DNA from: Gemmatimonadota bacterium
Lineage (GTDB): Bacteria > Gemmatimonadota > Gemmatimonadetes > Gemmatimonadales > Gemmatimonadaceae
Length of the DNA stretch: 64,000 nt
Direction of reading: 5' to 3'
Assembly: GCA_040389905.1 (NCBI GenBank)
Contig: JAZJZK010000007.1
Location: 441,026-505,025, forward strand
Shown piece by piece: positions 33,698 through 44,632 of the stretch. Position numbers and translations under genes: made by a program. Position 1 is the first letter of the stretch. Every line of letters starts with the position of its first letter. The notes below the pieces were generated by a model that saw only the letters and a program-made list of their open reading frames with translations, was not told where the DNA came from and ran no database searches.

Positions 33698-33720
33698 TTA
33701 TGTTCGGGCGACTAACAAAA
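33698..33720. promoter_or_regulatory. candidate ROK-family (XylR/NagC-like) operator
   Basis: TTATGTT-N9-AACAAAA imperfect dyad 22 nt upstream of the GH67 start, overlapping TATTAT. Confidence 0.5.
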
Positions 33721-33742
33721 TCGGCGCAGCCAAACCTCCCCT

Positions 33743-35938
33743 ATGCTCCGCAGACTTCTCTTCGCGCTTTCCGTCGTTGTTGTCGCGAGCCAGACGGCGC
33801 TCGCCGAAGACGGGTACGACCTCTGGTTGCGATACCGTCAGGTCTCGGATCCGGTACGGCTTGCGGAGTACCGCCGTCTCGTCACATCGATCACGGTCGA
33901 TGGCGCCACTGCGACGTTGAACGTCACGCGCGATGAACTCAAACGCGCACTGAAAGGGCTCCTCGGCGCGGAGGTTCCAACTGGAGCGTTCTCCGTGAAT
34001 GCCGCGGGAAGTTCGGCGCCGGAGAAGGATGGCTTTCTCCTCGCCGGCACGCAGTCGACCATCACGGTTCCTCCAGGCGTCATCAAGGATCTCGAGAAAG
34101 TTGGCGACGAGGGCTACGTCATTCGCTCGCTCACCATCGGAGGGAAGAAGGGCACCGTCATTGCCGCGAACAGCGATATCGGAGTGCTCTATGGCGCCTT
34201 TGCATTCCTCCGCGAACTGCAAACGTCGAAGCCGATCACCGCGCTGTCGATCGTCGGCCACCCGAAGATCCAGCTCCGGATGATGGATCACTGGGACAAT
34301 CTCAATCGCAGTGTCGAGCGTGGCTATGCGGGCCCGTCGCTGTGGGAGTGGGATTCGCTGCCCGGCAAGTTGTCGCCCCGCTACACGGACTATGCGCGCG
34401 CGAACGCGTCCATCGGGATCAACGGCGCCGCGCTCACGAACGTGAACGCGAACGCGCAGCAGATCACGCCGGCCTATCTCACGAAAGTGGCGGCGCTCGC
34501 GAAGGTGTTTCGCCCGTATGGCATCCGCGTCTTTCTCACCGGGCGCTTCAGTGCGCCGATCGAGATCGGTGGGCTCAAGACGGCCGACCCACTCGACCCG
34601 GCGGTGCGCGAGTGGTGGAAGAAGAAGGTCGATGAGATCTATACCCTCATTCCGGACTTCGGCGGGTTTGTTGTCAAGGCGAATTCAGAAGGACAGCCGG
34701 GCCCACAGGATTACAAGCGCACGCACGCGGACGGCGCGAACATGTTTGCCGAAGCGCTCGCGCCGCACGGTGGCATCGTGATGTGGCGTGCGTTCGTGTA
34801 TAGCAACGAAGTGCCGGTCGACCGCGTGCGCCAGGCGTACGACGAGTTCAAGCCGCTCGACGGACAGTTCCAGCAGAACGCCTTCGTCCAGGTGAAGAGC
34901 GGTGCACTGGATTTCCAGCCGCGCGAGCCATTCCATCCGTTGTTCGGCGCGATGCCGAAGACGCCCGTGATGATGGAGTTCCAGATCACGAAGGAGTATC
35001 TCGGGCAGGACACGCATCTCGCGTACATGGGGAGCTATTTCGAGGAAGTGCTGCGCGCGGACACCTATGCCAACGGCAAGGGATCTACGGTCGCACGGGT
35101 GATCGACGGTTCCGTGCACAAGTACGCACGCACCGGCATCACAGGCGTTGCCAATGTGGGCAGCGACAGCAACTGGACGGGCTCGCAATTCAATCAGGCC
35201 AACTGGTATTCCTACGGTCGTCTCGCCTGGGACCCGGAGCTGAGCTCGAAGAAGATCGCCGAGGAGTGGGTTCGCGAGACCTTCACCAACGATGCGAATG
35301 CCGTTCCGAAGATCGTGCAGATGATGATGACGTCGCGTGAGGCGGTCGTGAATTACATGACGCCGCTCGGGCTCGCGCACATCATGGCGAGCAATCACCA
35401 CTATGGCCCCGGCGCATGGGCGCGCGTGCAGCGTGCTGACCAATCGCCTCCGTACTTCCACAAGGCGGATTCCATTGGCCTCGGCTTCAACCGGACATCG
35501 ACCGGCACCAAGCAGGTGGACCAATATTTCAAGCCGGTGCGCGACAAGTACGAGAACTTGAAGACTGTCCCCGATTCGAATCTGTTGTGGTTCCACCATG
35601 TGCCGTGGAACTACAAACTAAAAACCGGGCGCACGCTGTGGGATGAGCTTGTGGTGCGTGAAAACCTCGGCGTCGATTCCGTGCGCGTCATGCAGCGCAC
35701 ATGGGACGCGGTGAAGGACGCCATCGACCCGCAGCGCTTTGCAGAAGTACAGTCGTTCCTCGCGATCCAGGAGAAGGAAGCACGCTGGTGGCGTGACGCC
35801 AACCTGTCGTACTTCCAGACCTTTTCCAAGATGCCGATCCCCGCGAAGTACGATCAACCGGCGCACAACCTTCAGTACTATCAGCAGCTCCGCTGTCCTG
35901 CGAATCGCAACAAGCCGCGCTGCGACACCATTCCCTGA
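33743..35938 (+). CDS. aguA: GH67 alpha-glucuronidase with signal peptide
   Basis: [57 protein letters not shown]. Confidence 0.95.
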   Translation: MLRRLLFALSVVVVASQTALAEDGYDLWLRYRQVSDPVRLAEYRRLVTSITVDGATATLNVTRDELKRALKGLLGAEVPTGAFSVNAAGSSAPEKDGFLLAGTQSTITVPPGVIKDLEKVGDEGYVIRSLTIGGKKGTVIAANSDIGVLYGAFAFLRELQTSKPITALSIVGHPKIQLRMMDHWDNLNRSVERGYAGPSLWEWDSLPGKLSPRYTDYARANASIGINGAALTNVNANAQQITPAYLTKVAALAKVFRPYGIRVFLTGRFSAPIEIGGLKTADPLDPAVREWWKKKVDEIYTLIPDFGGFVVKANSEGQPGPQDYKRTHADGANMFAEALAPHGGIVMWRAFVYSNEVPVDRVRQAYDEFKPLDGQFQQNAFVQVKSGALDFQPREPFHPLFGAMPKTPVMMEFQITKEYLGQDTHLAYMGSYFEEVLRADTYANGKGSTVARVIDGSVHKYARTGITGVANVGSDSNWTGSQFNQANWYSYGRLAWDPELSSKKIAEEWVRETFTNDANAVPKIVQMMMTSREAVVNYMTPLGLAHIMASNHHYGPGAWARVQRADQSPPYFHKADSIGLGFNRTSTGTKQVDQYFKPVRDKYENLKTVPDSNLLWFHHVPWNYKLKTGRTLWDELVVRENLGVDSVRVMQRTWDAVKDAIDPQRFAEVQSFLAIQEKEARWWRDANLSYFQTFSKMPIPAKYDQPAHNLQYYQQLRCPANRNKPRCDTIP

Positions 35939-35949
35939 GCCTCGTCAAC

Positions 35950-37128
35950 ATGTCTCCTTCAAATTCGCAGGACGCGCTTACCCCGCGCCCGGAGCATCGC
36001 TTCACGTTTGGACTGTGGACTGTGGGGAATCCGGGGCGCGATCCCTTCGGCGACGCCGTGCGGCCCACGCTCACCGCGCCCTATATCGTTCGGAAGCTGG
36101 GTGCGCTTGGCGCATACGGCGTGAACTTCCACGATAACGATCTCGTGCCGCGCGATGCGACCTGCGCCGAGCGCGACCAGATCGTCAAGGAATTTCGCGA
36201 GGCGCTGGACGAGACGGGGCTCAAGGTGCCGATGGCAACCACGAACCTGTTCGGCGATCCGGTCTTCCGCGACGGCGCGTTCACGAGCAACGACGCGAAG
36301 GTCCGCCGTCACGCGTTGCAGAAGACGATGCGAGCGATGGACCTCGGCAAGGAGTTCGACGCGGAGACGTACGTGTTCTGGGGCGGTCGTGAGGGCGTCG
36401 AGAGCAACGCCACCAAGGATGCGATCGAGGCGACGAAGTGGTTCCGCGATGCGATCAACTTCCTCTGCGAGTACAACATTGCGCAGGGGTACAACTACAA
36501 GTTTGCGCTCGAGCCGAAGCCCAATGAGCCGCGCGGAGACATCTTCCTTCCCACGATCGGGCACGCGCTCGCCTTCATCTACACGCTCGATCATCCGGAC
36601 ATGGTCGGCGTGAATCCCGAGGTCGCGCACGATACGATGGCCGGGATGGATTTCTCGCACGGCGTCGCGCAGGCGATCGAGGCGAACAAGCTGTTCCACA
36701 TCGACCTCAACGCGCAGAAGCCCGGCCGGTACGATCAGGATCACCGCTTCGGTAGCGAGGACATCAAGCAGGCATTCTTCCTCGTGAAGTTGCTGGAAGA
36801 TTCGGGTTACGCCGGCATGCGTCACTTCGATAGCCATGCCTACCGAACGGAAGACGAGAAGGGCGTGTGGGATTTTGCGGCGGGCAGCATGCGGACCTAT
36901 CTCATCCTCAAGGAGAAGGTCGCACGCTTCAACGCGGACACGGAGATTCAGCAGATGCTGAGCGACTTGCGGGCGCGAGGCGCCGAGCCGGGCCAGCGCA
37001 TCAGCTACGCGAAGGACTCCGCGGCCATTCGCGACGAAACGTTCGATCTCGTCGCCATGCGCAACGCCGGTTACGCGTACGAACGACTTGACCAGTTGAC
37101 CGTGGAGATCATCCTCGGAGTGCGCTGA
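35950..37128 (+). CDS. xylA: xylose isomerase (short class I type)
   Basis: [47 protein letters not shown]. Confidence 0.96.
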   Translation: MSPSNSQDALTPRPEHRFTFGLWTVGNPGRDPFGDAVRPTLTAPYIVRKLGALGAYGVNFHDNDLVPRDATCAERDQIVKEFREALDETGLKVPMATTNLFGDPVFRDGAFTSNDAKVRRHALQKTMRAMDLGKEFDAETYVFWGGREGVESNATKDAIEATKWFRDAINFLCEYNIAQGYNYKFALEPKPNEPRGDIFLPTIGHALAFIYTLDHPDMVGVNPEVAHDTMAGMDFSHGVAQAIEANKLFHIDLNAQKPGRYDQDHRFGSEDIKQAFFLVKLLEDSGYAGMRHFDSHAYRTEDEKGVWDFAAGSMRTYLILKEKVARFNADTEIQQMLSDLRARGAEPGQRISYAKDSAAIRDETFDLVAMRNAGYAYERLDQLTVEIILGVR

Positions 37129-37129
37129 A

Positions 37130-38632
37130 GTGGCCGACGCCCGTCAGCTGTTCCTCGGACTCGACGTCGGCACCAGCGGCGTCAAGGCAATTCTCGTGGC
37201 ACTGAACGGCGACGTCGCGGCCACCGCGACGTCGCCGCTCACCATGTCGACGCCGCAACCAGGTTGGGCGGAGCAGGACCCCGCAGCGTGGTGGGACGCG
37301 ACGCTGGCCTCGATTCACGCCGTGCGTCGCGCCTGCCCGGATGCCGCCATCGCTGCGGTTGGAATCTCCGGGCAGATGCACTCGTCGGTTTTTCTCGACC
37401 GCGATGGCGCCGTCATTCGTCCGGCGCTCCTCTGGTGCGATGGACGCACGACCGCGGAATGCGCGGAAATCACGGCGGCGGTCGGCGGAGAAGAGAAGCT
37501 GCGCGATCTCGCGTGCAATCCGGCGCTCGAGGGCTTCACGCTGCCCAAGGTGCTTTGGCTGAGAAAGCACGAGCCCGCCGCATATGCGCGGCTGGCCACC
37601 GTGCTGCTTCCGAAAGACTACATCCGGTATCGACTCACCGGGCAACTCGCGACCGATCCGTCAGACGCGTCGGCGACGTTGATGTATGACACGGCGAACC
37701 TTCGCTGGAGCGACGAAATCCTCGCTGCGGTCGGCGTGCCGCGCTCCATCGTGCCCGACGTTGGTGGGTCGTCGGAGATTCTCGGCCGCATCAATGCGCA
37801 GGCGGCGGCGCTGACCACGTTGCTCGAGGGCACGCCCGTCGTTGGCGGGGGCGCAGACAACGCATGTGGCGCGGCAGGCGTCGGCGCGACGACACCTGGC
37901 GAAGTCGTATCGAGTTGGGGCACGTCTGGCACGGTGCTGGCGCCAACCGTCGTACCGCTCGTCGATCCGGGTTTGCGCGCCCACACGTTCTGTCACGTCG
38001 CCCCTGGTGCGTGGTATCTCATGGGCGTGGTGCTGTCGGCTGGTGGCGCCTTCAGCTGGTATCGCGACCAGTTTGCCCGCGATGCCGGAGACGCACGTGA
38101 CGCGGACAGGAAACTCGACGAGGAAGCGGCGAGCGTTCCGCGCGGCGCCGGCGGCGTCACCTTCCTCCCGTACCTGCAAGGGGAGCGAACGCCGCATCGG
38201 GACGCAGCGGCTCGTGGCGCGTTGCTCGGGCTGAGCCTCGCACACAGTCGCGCGCATGCGACGCGCGCGGTGCTCGAAGGCATCACCTTCGCACTCCGGG
38301 ATTCCCTGACCATTCTCCAGGACCTCAAGCTCGCGCCGAGTCACCTGCTGCTGACGGGCGGGGGAGCAAAAAGCGCGTTCATCCGTCAGTTGCAAGCGGA
38401 GGTCTTCGGACTTCCCATCACCACGGTGAATCGCGAGGAGGGTCCTGCGTACGGCGCGGCGCTGCTCGCCGCGGTTGGGGCTGGCGCCTTCGCGGATCTC
38501 GGCGCGGCGGCGACGGCAACACTGACGCGCGCGCCGCTCGAGCACCCGGCGGAGGGCGCACACGAGGCGTACGCCGCCCCCTACGCCGCGTTCCGGCGTG
38601 CCTATGGTGCCGCGCGGGTGGATTTGCTGTAG
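37130..38632 (+). CDS. xylB: xylulokinase
   Basis: GLDVGTSGVK, SGQMHS, LWCDGRT, GTSG, PYLQGERTP, GGGAKS. Confidence 0.95.
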   Translation: MADARQLFLGLDVGTSGVKAILVALNGDVAATATSPLTMSTPQPGWAEQDPAAWWDATLASIHAVRRACPDAAIAAVGISGQMHSSVFLDRDGAVIRPALLWCDGRTTAECAEITAAVGGEEKLRDLACNPALEGFTLPKVLWLRKHEPAAYARLATVLLPKDYIRYRLTGQLATDPSDASATLMYDTANLRWSDEILAAVGVPRSIVPDVGGSSEILGRINAQAAALTTLLEGTPVVGGGADNACGAAGVGATTPGEVVSSWGTSGTVLAPTVVPLVDPGLRAHTFCHVAPGAWYLMGVVLSAGGAFSWYRDQFARDAGDARDADRKLDEEAASVPRGAGGVTFLPYLQGERTPHRDAAARGALLGLSLAHSRAHATRAVLEGITFALRDSLTILQDLKLAPSHLLLTGGGAKSAFIRQLQAEVFGLPITTVNREEGPAYGAALLAAVGAGAFADLGAAATATLTRAPLEHPAEGAHEAYAAPYAAFRRAYGAARVDLL

Positions 38633-38641
38633 CATTACCGA

Positions 38642-39676
38642 ATGCATCCAGTCGTTCGCCGCCTGGTCGGCTCGCAGGAGAGTGGACTCGTTCTCGTGGT
38701 GGTGCTCGTCACCGCCGTGCTGGCGTTGCTCGCGGGTTCGCATCCGGATCGCGCGACTGGCGCGCTGATCAACAACTTCTGGAACGCGAATACGCTCATC
38801 CAGACGGCCACCGACGCCAGCTTCTTTGCGTTGATGGCCATTGGCGCGACGATGGTCATCATCTCCGGCGGGATCGACCTCTCCGTGGGATCGATTTACG
38901 CGCTGGCCGGCGTGTCGCTTGGTCTTACGATGCGCGCGGTCGGGCCCATGGGCAGCAGCGCCACCGTGCTGCTCGGTTTCGTCGTGTGCACATGCGTCGG
39001 ACTGTTGTGCGGACTGCTCAATGGCGCACTCGTCGTTGGACTGCGTGTACATCCATTCATCATCACACTCGGCACGATGTGGGTGCTGCGCGGCATCGCA
39101 TTCGTCACGACGAAGGCCGAGAGCATCATTCTGCCGACCGCACTGACGTCGTTTAGCAAGGCGCCGCTTGGGTTGCGCGCCGGTCTGTATCCGGTGCCGA
39201 TGTTGTGCATGATCGCACTCACCGTCGTCGGTGCGATCTATCTGACACGGACCGTGATGGGCCGGCACATTTTCGCCTTTGGCGGCAGCACCGAGGCAAG
39301 TCGCTTTGCCGGACTTTCCCTCGGGCGCATTCAGATCGGCGTCTTTGCCGTGTCAGGGCTGACCGCGGGTATTGCGGCATTCCTCGGCGCCGGCTTCTAC
39401 GGTTCAGTCTCCTCGGGCGATGCGCAAGGATACGAGTTGTATGTGATCGCGTCGGCGGTCGTAGGTGGCGCGAGCCTGCTGGGTGGGAAAGGCAGCGCGG
39501 TAGGTGCGATGCTTGGTGCGCTGCTGATCGTTCTGTTCAGGCAGTCGATTCGGACGCTTCATTTCGATCAGAACTACGAGTGGATCGTGATTGGGTGTGC
39601 GATCATCATTGCTGTCGTGGTGGATCAGTGGAGTACGCGGGCGACCGCTCGAAGACTGACAAAGGCGGGGCATTAG
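38642..39676 (+). CDS. sugar ABC transporter permease (RbsC-like)
   Basis: SGGIDLSVGS, PFIITLG, EASRFAG, YELYVIASAVVGG. Confidence 0.93.
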   Translation: MHPVVRRLVGSQESGLVLVVVLVTAVLALLAGSHPDRATGALINNFWNANTLIQTATDASFFALMAIGATMVIISGGIDLSVGSIYALAGVSLGLTMRAVGPMGSSATVLLGFVVCTCVGLLCGLLNGALVVGLRVHPFIITLGTMWVLRGIAFVTTKAESIILPTALTSFSKAPLGLRAGLYPVPMLCMIALTVVGAIYLTRTVMGRHIFAFGGSTEASRFAGLSLGRIQIGVFAVSGLTAGIAAFLGAGFYGSVSSGDAQGYELYVIASAVVGGASLLGGKGSAVGAMLGALLIVLFRQSIRTLHFDQNYEWIVIGCAIIIAVVVDQWSTRATARRLTKAGH

Positions 39677-39710
39677 GATTCTCGTTTACTAAAGTGGTGT
39701 TGTCATTTTC

Positions 39711-39907
39711 ACCGCAGAGGACGCAGAGGCGCAGAGGATCGCAGAGAAAAGCTGAAAGGCGCAACAGCAGGTGCGGGCCCTTCGCTAATGCTCCGGACGA
39801 CAAAACGAGCATGATGTCACCCCGAGCGAGCGAAGCGAGGGCCTCACTTTTCGAAACGAGTTTTTGAAGCCCTCTGCGCACCTCTGCGCCTCTGCGCCCT
39901 CTGCGGT
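39711..39907. repeat. composite family C/D palindromic element, inverted homologue of 14534-14724
   Basis: ACCGCAGAGGACGCAGAGGCGCAGAGG ... CCTCTGCGCACCTCTGCGCCTCTGCGCCCTCTGCGGT; interior GCAACAGCAGGTGCGGGCCCTTCGCT...GACAAAACGAGC...TGTCACCCCGAGCGAGCGAAGCGAG matches the reverse complement of the 14.6 kb interior. Confidence 0.88.
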
Positions 39908-39963
39908 AGAAAGACGGTAGATGCTCGATTGGCGGTACCAACCAAGAACCGGGAATTGACGAT

Positions 39964-41013
39964 ATGAACAATCGATTCATTCGAAGAACGGCGGCGTTGC
40001 TCGTCGTAGGCGCCTGGACCATGGCCTGCTCGAAGGGCGCCGAGAAAGCCGGTGACACCGCTGGTGTGGCGCCCGCCGCTGTGCCGGCGGCAGGCGGCAA
40101 GATCATCATCGCCGTGATCGGCAAGAGCTCCGACAACCCCGTCTTTCTCGCCGCGCGTACCGGCGCCGAGGAAACCGCGAAGAAGATCTCCGACAGTACC
40201 AAGGTGCCCGTCGAGATCATGTGGCTGACACCGGCAAAGGAAGACGCCGAGGTGCAGGCGCAGCGCATTCGCCAGGCGGTGAATGATGGTGCGGCCGCCG
40301 TTCTCCTCTCTGCGTCGGACGCCGGAAAAGTTACCGGCGCGATCAATGACGCAGTGGACCGCGGCGTTCCGGTGATGATGTTCGACAGCGACGCGCCCGC
40401 CTCCAAGCGTTTTGCGTTCTATGGAGCCGACGATGCGAAGACCGGCGCCGGGGTGATGTCGGAGCTCTCGACGCTCATGGGCGGCAAAGGCAAGGTCGCC
40501 ATCCTCGCTGGCAACCAGAACGCGCCCAATCTTCAGGCCCGCGTCAAGGGCGTGAAAGATGAAGCGGCGAAGCACCCGGGCATCAGCATCGTTGGCGTCT
40601 TCAACCACAACGAAGCCCCGCAGGACGCCGCGGCTGAAGTCGTCCGCGTCAACAACGCGTACCCCGAGATTACCGGCTGGGCGATGATCGGCGGCTGGCC
40701 GTTGTTCACGCAGACACTGCTGACCGATCTCAACCCGGCGAAGATGAAGGTCGTGTCTGTCGACGCCCTGCCCGCCGAGTTGGCGTATGTCGAAAAGGGG
40801 ATCGCGCCAGTGCTTCTGGCGCAGCCGGTCTACCTGTGGGGCTCCATCGGCGTGCAGACGCTCTTTGCCAAGGTGCACGACAAGAAGGATCCTGCGCAGC
40901 CCATCATGACGATGGACCTCATTCGCGTCACGAAGGCGAATCTCGGCGAATACTCCCGTCAGTTGAAGGCGTGGGGCTTCACGGGCATCGACGAGAAGTA
41001 CCTCAAGATGTAA
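39964..41013 (+). CDS. sugar ABC transporter substrate-binding lipoprotein
   Basis: Lipobox TMA-C; NPVF, VMMFDSD, GNQNAPNLQARVKG (RbsB-like fold). Confidence 0.9.
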   Translation: MNNRFIRRTAALLVVGAWTMACSKGAEKAGDTAGVAPAAVPAAGGKIIIAVIGKSSDNPVFLAARTGAEETAKKISDSTKVPVEIMWLTPAKEDAEVQAQRIRQAVNDGAAAVLLSASDAGKVTGAINDAVDRGVPVMMFDSDAPASKRFAFYGADDAKTGAGVMSELSTLMGGKGKVAILAGNQNAPNLQARVKGVKDEAAKHPGISIVGVFNHNEAPQDAAAEVVRVNNAYPEITGWAMIGGWPLFTQTLLTDLNPAKMKVVSVDALPAELAYVEKGIAPVLLAQPVYLWGSIGVQTLFAKVHDKKDPAQPIMTMDLIRVTKANLGEYSRQLKAWGFTGIDEKYLKM

Positions 41014-42506
41014 TGGTAAGCGAGCCCGCGGTTCGGCTGACGAACGTCAGCAAACGCTTTCCTGGCGTTCAGGCATTGAGCGGCGTCTCCATCGAGATCG
41101 CCGCGGGCTCGTGTCACGCCCTCTGCGGAGAAAACGGCGCAGGGAAAAGTACCCTCGGTAAGATCCTCGCCGGACTTCAGTCACCCGACGAGGGGCAACT
41201 CTTCGTGTTCGGTCGTGAGGTGCACTTCGCGTCGCCGCACGACGCGCTCGCCGCAGGCATCGCAATGGTGCACCAGGAGCTCGCCTTCTGCGAGAACATG
41301 ACCGTCGCCGAGAATCTCTGTCTCGGCGCCATTCCGACGCGGCGCGGCTTCGTCGACCGCGCCGAGATGCACCGGCGGGCGCTCGCGCTGCTCGCAGAGA
41401 CGGGCACGACGCTCGACGTCGACGGGCGGCTGGGTGATCTCTCGATCGGCAACCGGCAGATGGTGCAGATCGCGTCGGCAGTCGGTGGTGGTGCTCGTAT
41501 CATCGTCTTCGATGAACCGACGAGCAGCCTCAGTCAGGCCGAGGCGGAGCGGTTGTTCGCGCTGCTCGCTCGGCTGCGCGAGCGCGGCGTCACGTGCATC
41601 TACGTGTCGCATCGCATGCCGGAGATCTTTGCACTCTGCGACACGGTCAGCACCCTGCGCGACGGCGGGCACGTCGCAACGCGCGCGACGGCCGGACTTA
41701 CGGAGGGTGAACTGGTCGAGCTGATGATCGGTCGGCCCATTGCGGAGTATTTCCCACCGCACGACCAGCGGCCGCGTGGCGACGAGGTGCTTCGCGCAGA
41801 ATCGCTGAGTGTGGTCGGCCGCTTCGAAAACATTTCCCTGCGATTGAACGCTGGTGAGGTCGTCGGCTTGGCAGGCCTTATGGGCGCAGGCCGTTCAGAG
41901 GTCGCGAGCGCGTTGTTCGGCCTCGAGCCCCTCGCCGCGGGCACCATCTATCTGCGCGGCGTCGCCGTGCACATCGCCGGGCCGCAGGACGCGATTCGCG
42001 CCGGCATCGGTTTCGTGCCTGAGGATCGAAAGCGGCAGGGGCTGGTGCTTTCGGAAAGTGCGTTACACAACACGTCGCTTCCCACGTTGAAGCGTCTCTC
42101 GAAGCTGTCGTGGATTTTTCGCGCGAAGGAGCGACGCCAGGCGAGCGACCTGTTCGATCGTCTGCGCGTTCGCACGCCGTCGTTGGACGCCGTGGTGGCG
42201 GGTCTGTCTGGCGGCAACCAGCAGAAGGTCGTACTCGCGAAGTGGCTCGCGGCTCGGCCGAGTATCCTGATTCTCGATGAGCCCACGCGAGGTGTTGACG
42301 TCGGTGCAAAGGCGGAGATTCACGCGTTGATCGGCGAGCTGGCTGCGGCGGGTACGGCGATCCTCGTGATCTCGAGTGAGCTGCCGGAACTGCTCACGCT
42401 GTCGGAGCGCATCCTCGTTTTGCGCGAAGGACGGCTCGTCGGCGAGCTGCCTCGCGCCGACGCAAATCAAGCGGCGTTGCTCCGGTTGATGGCTGGCGTC
42501 GCGTAG
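41013..42506 (+). CDS. sugar ABC transporter ATP-binding protein (two NBDs, RbsA-like)
   Basis: GENGAGKST, FDEPT, LSGGNQQK, LDEPTRGVDVGAK; ATG overlaps the SBP stop. Confidence 0.95.
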   Translation: MVSEPAVRLTNVSKRFPGVQALSGVSIEIAAGSCHALCGENGAGKSTLGKILAGLQSPDEGQLFVFGREVHFASPHDALAAGIAMVHQELAFCENMTVAENLCLGAIPTRRGFVDRAEMHRRALALLAETGTTLDVDGRLGDLSIGNRQMVQIASAVGGGARIIVFDEPTSSLSQAEAERLFALLARLRERGVTCIYVSHRMPEIFALCDTVSTLRDGGHVATRATAGLTEGELVELMIGRPIAEYFPPHDQRPRGDEVLRAESLSVVGRFENISLRLNAGEVVGLAGLMGAGRSEVASALFGLEPLAAGTIYLRGVAVHIAGPQDAIRAGIGFVPEDRKRQGLVLSESALHNTSLPTLKRLSKLSWIFRAKERRQASDLFDRLRVRTPSLDAVVAGLSGGNQQKVVLAKWLAARPSILILDEPTRGVDVGAKAEIHALIGELAAAGTAILVISSELPELLTLSERILVLREGRLVGELPRADANQAALLRLMAGVA

Positions 42507-42509
42507 CGA

Positions 42510-43307
42510 ATGAGGAGCACCCGTCGCACGATCGTCATGGCCGCACTGCTATTACTGGCGTGCGCCGCGGCGGCCGCAGCGCAGCGAACCGCGCGTCTGA
42601 CCGGCATTGTCCGCGATACGGCGCACAACGTCCTCAGCGACGTCGTCGTGCAGGTGTTCTCCCAGCGCGATGAATTGCTGGCGACGACGCGAAGCGACGT
42701 GCGAGGTGTCTATAATGTCGATCTAGCCGAGCGGGGCGGGGCCCGCCTGCGTGCGCGACGACTTGGCTTCCAGGCGTTTGCCTCTGGCGACATAGTGCTC
42801 AGCGCGGATTCTGCCTCGCGACTCGACATCACCTTGGTACCAGTCGCCCAGCGGTTGGGTGAAGTGATCGTCAAGGCAGAATCGAATCGTTCGGTCTTTC
42901 TCGAGCGCGCCGCGGCCGGAGGGCGACACGCGCACTTTATCGATTCGACGTCGTTGGCAGGGAGAGACAAGCGCAGCATGCTCGTGCTCTTCAACCAGTT
43001 GTCAGGCACGAGCATCCATGTCGGCACGCCCGTGCAAGGAGGGCGGGGCGTGAGCTACCGTCCAGCTGAAGGCGGAGATGTACTCATGGGGCCCGGCAAC
43101 TGTGTGGCGACGGTGTACGTCGACGGATGGCTCACCGGCGCGGCGGAGTTGAGACGCGTTCTTCGTGCGCCCGAAGTGGCGGGCATCGAGATCTACGATG
43201 TGCCTGCGCTGGCTCCCTTTCCGTATCGCCCCGATACGCTGGCCAAATGTCCGATCGTGTTGATCTGGAGCGGCGCGGGATTCTCATGGGAGCCGCGGAA
43301 GTGGTAG
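42510..43307 (+). CDS. secreted protein: carboxypeptidase-regulatory-like domain plus TonB plug-like domain
   Basis: Signal peptide; LTGIVRD...TRSDVRGVY...ARRLGF; C-x3-YVDG...VAGIEIY...C-x-IVLIW. Confidence 0.72.
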   Translation: MRSTRRTIVMAALLLLACAAAAAAQRTARLTGIVRDTAHNVLSDVVVQVFSQRDELLATTRSDVRGVYNVDLAERGGARLRARRLGFQAFASGDIVLSADSASRLDITLVPVAQRLGEVIVKAESNRSVFLERAAAGGRHAHFIDSTSLAGRDKRSMLVLFNQLSGTSIHVGTPVQGGRGVSYRPAEGGDVLMGPGNCVATVYVDGWLTGAAELRRVLRAPEVAGIEIYDVPALAPFPYRPDTLAKCPIVLIWSGAGFSWEPRKW

Positions 43308-43357
43308 AACCTGACGCCGTCGCGAGCCGCGCGAGTTAGATAGATAGAGAGATAGCA

Positions 43358-43603
43358 TCAGCTTCCTTTCGCCCGTTCTTGATACACGCGCATCAGTTCA
43401 CTGACGAGAATCCCATGGATGCTCATGCCGCTGAGATTGGCGTTCGTGATTGATGCGCCGCTCAGATTCACGTCGTCGAAGGTCGCGCCGGCGAGGTTGA
43501 TGTTGGTGAACGTCGCCCGGTGCAGGTTGACGTCATCGAACACGGACTCCGACAGGTCGGCATCGTGAACGGCAAGCTGGTCTTTGACATGTTCGATATT
43601 CAT
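43358..43603 (-). CDS. small pentapeptide-repeat protein
   Basis: ADLSE SVFDD VNLHR ATFTN INLAG ATFDD VNLSG ASITN ANLSG. Confidence 0.85.
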   Translation of the reverse strand: MNIEHVKDQLAVHDADLSESVFDDVNLHRATFTNINLAGATFDDVNLSGASITNANLSGMSIHGILVSELMRVYQERAKGS

Positions 43604-43808
43604 GATTGCAGCTCGGTGACGGTGACTGGGCAGGGAGGGCGGCGAGTGAGCTACCAAACAGCCGCAAGCGGAGTTGTCCTGATGAACCTGGCGTGGTTGC
43701 GATCTGGTTTGTCGATGTAGGTAACTTGCCGATGTGGGTATATGCAATGAATCGCGTGCCGTGCGGCGGACGTCGTCGCGTTGGCGGCAGATTCCAGGCG
43801 ACGGCGGT

Positions 43809-44410
43809 CACGCTGCGCCAAAACGCCTGCACAACGCGTCCACGGCGTGTGGCAACGCGGACGATCTGCTCTGCAGTGCGGACGAGGTGCTCTGCGCCGC
43901 GCCATTTTCGCCGCGCGTCGCGCCTCGTCGGGTGAGCAGTGCTTCAACTGCTCGTCTACAATGCGCTTGGCTGCCTCTGCGGTGCGCACGGCCGTCTGCG
44001 CAATGCGCCAAAACATCGTTGCCGTGCGCAAAGTGCCCTTTGCGATGTTTCGGGTGTGCTGCGCACCCGGTACACGTTGCTGCGCATCGCGCCAACGTCG
44101 GTGAGCATCGCGGACGGACGCGTCAGCAGTGCGGACGAACGCTTCAACATTGCGGACGAATCGCTATGCAATGCGTCAACAACGTTCCCCACTGCGCCAG
44201 GAATGTTGGGCACCGCGGACGGCGTGCTGCGCAGTGCGGACGGCGTGGTGATCAATGCATCCGCGCCGGTGCGCATTGCGTCCGGCTTGCTCAACACCGC
44301 GCCACGTTGTGTGTGCCATGCGGACGGTTTGCTCGTCACTGCGCCTCACACACGGAGCAGTGCGCCCAAAGCGCTCATCACTGCGCACAAATTGATTGGC
44401 AGCCTGCCCA
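43809..44410. repeat. degenerate 21-bp tandem array (about 29 units) with quasi-palindromic core GCANYGC and an inverted internal block
   Basis: Cores at exact 21-nt steps: 43810-43936 (7 units), 43958-44042 (5 units, reversed), 44063-44399 (17 units). Confidence 0.88.
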
Positions 44411-44568
44411 AATCCTTTGTTCAGTGAACGCGCCGATCACCGTTCTTCCTGCCCGGATGCCGCTGCAGCCTTATCATCACACAACGTTGCCGGCGTGGCG
44501 TAGCGTCATCAACGCCTGGGGTCTGGCGCGCGAGCCACGCACCCGGCGACACAACGGCAGCAGGCGGA

Positions 44569-44632
44569 AGTCATGCGCAAATATGACCTCTTATCACCCT
44601 ATTGATTTCCCACATTGTTGGTGCGAATACTT
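44569..44632 (+). promoter_or_regulatory. conserved promoter module, copy 1 (GTCAT-N8-ATGAC, TTGATT-N18-AATACT)
   Basis: 47/64 ungapped identity to 56191-56254. Confidence 0.75.

Noticed and set aside
43358..43603. Qnr/MfpA-type gyrase protection protein
   Set aside because: At 81 aa with about 9 repeats it is far shorter than Qnr/MfpA proteins.
43809..44410. CRISPR array
   Set aside because: The conserved part is only about 7-10 degenerate nt, the period is 21 nt, and there are no cas genes in the window.
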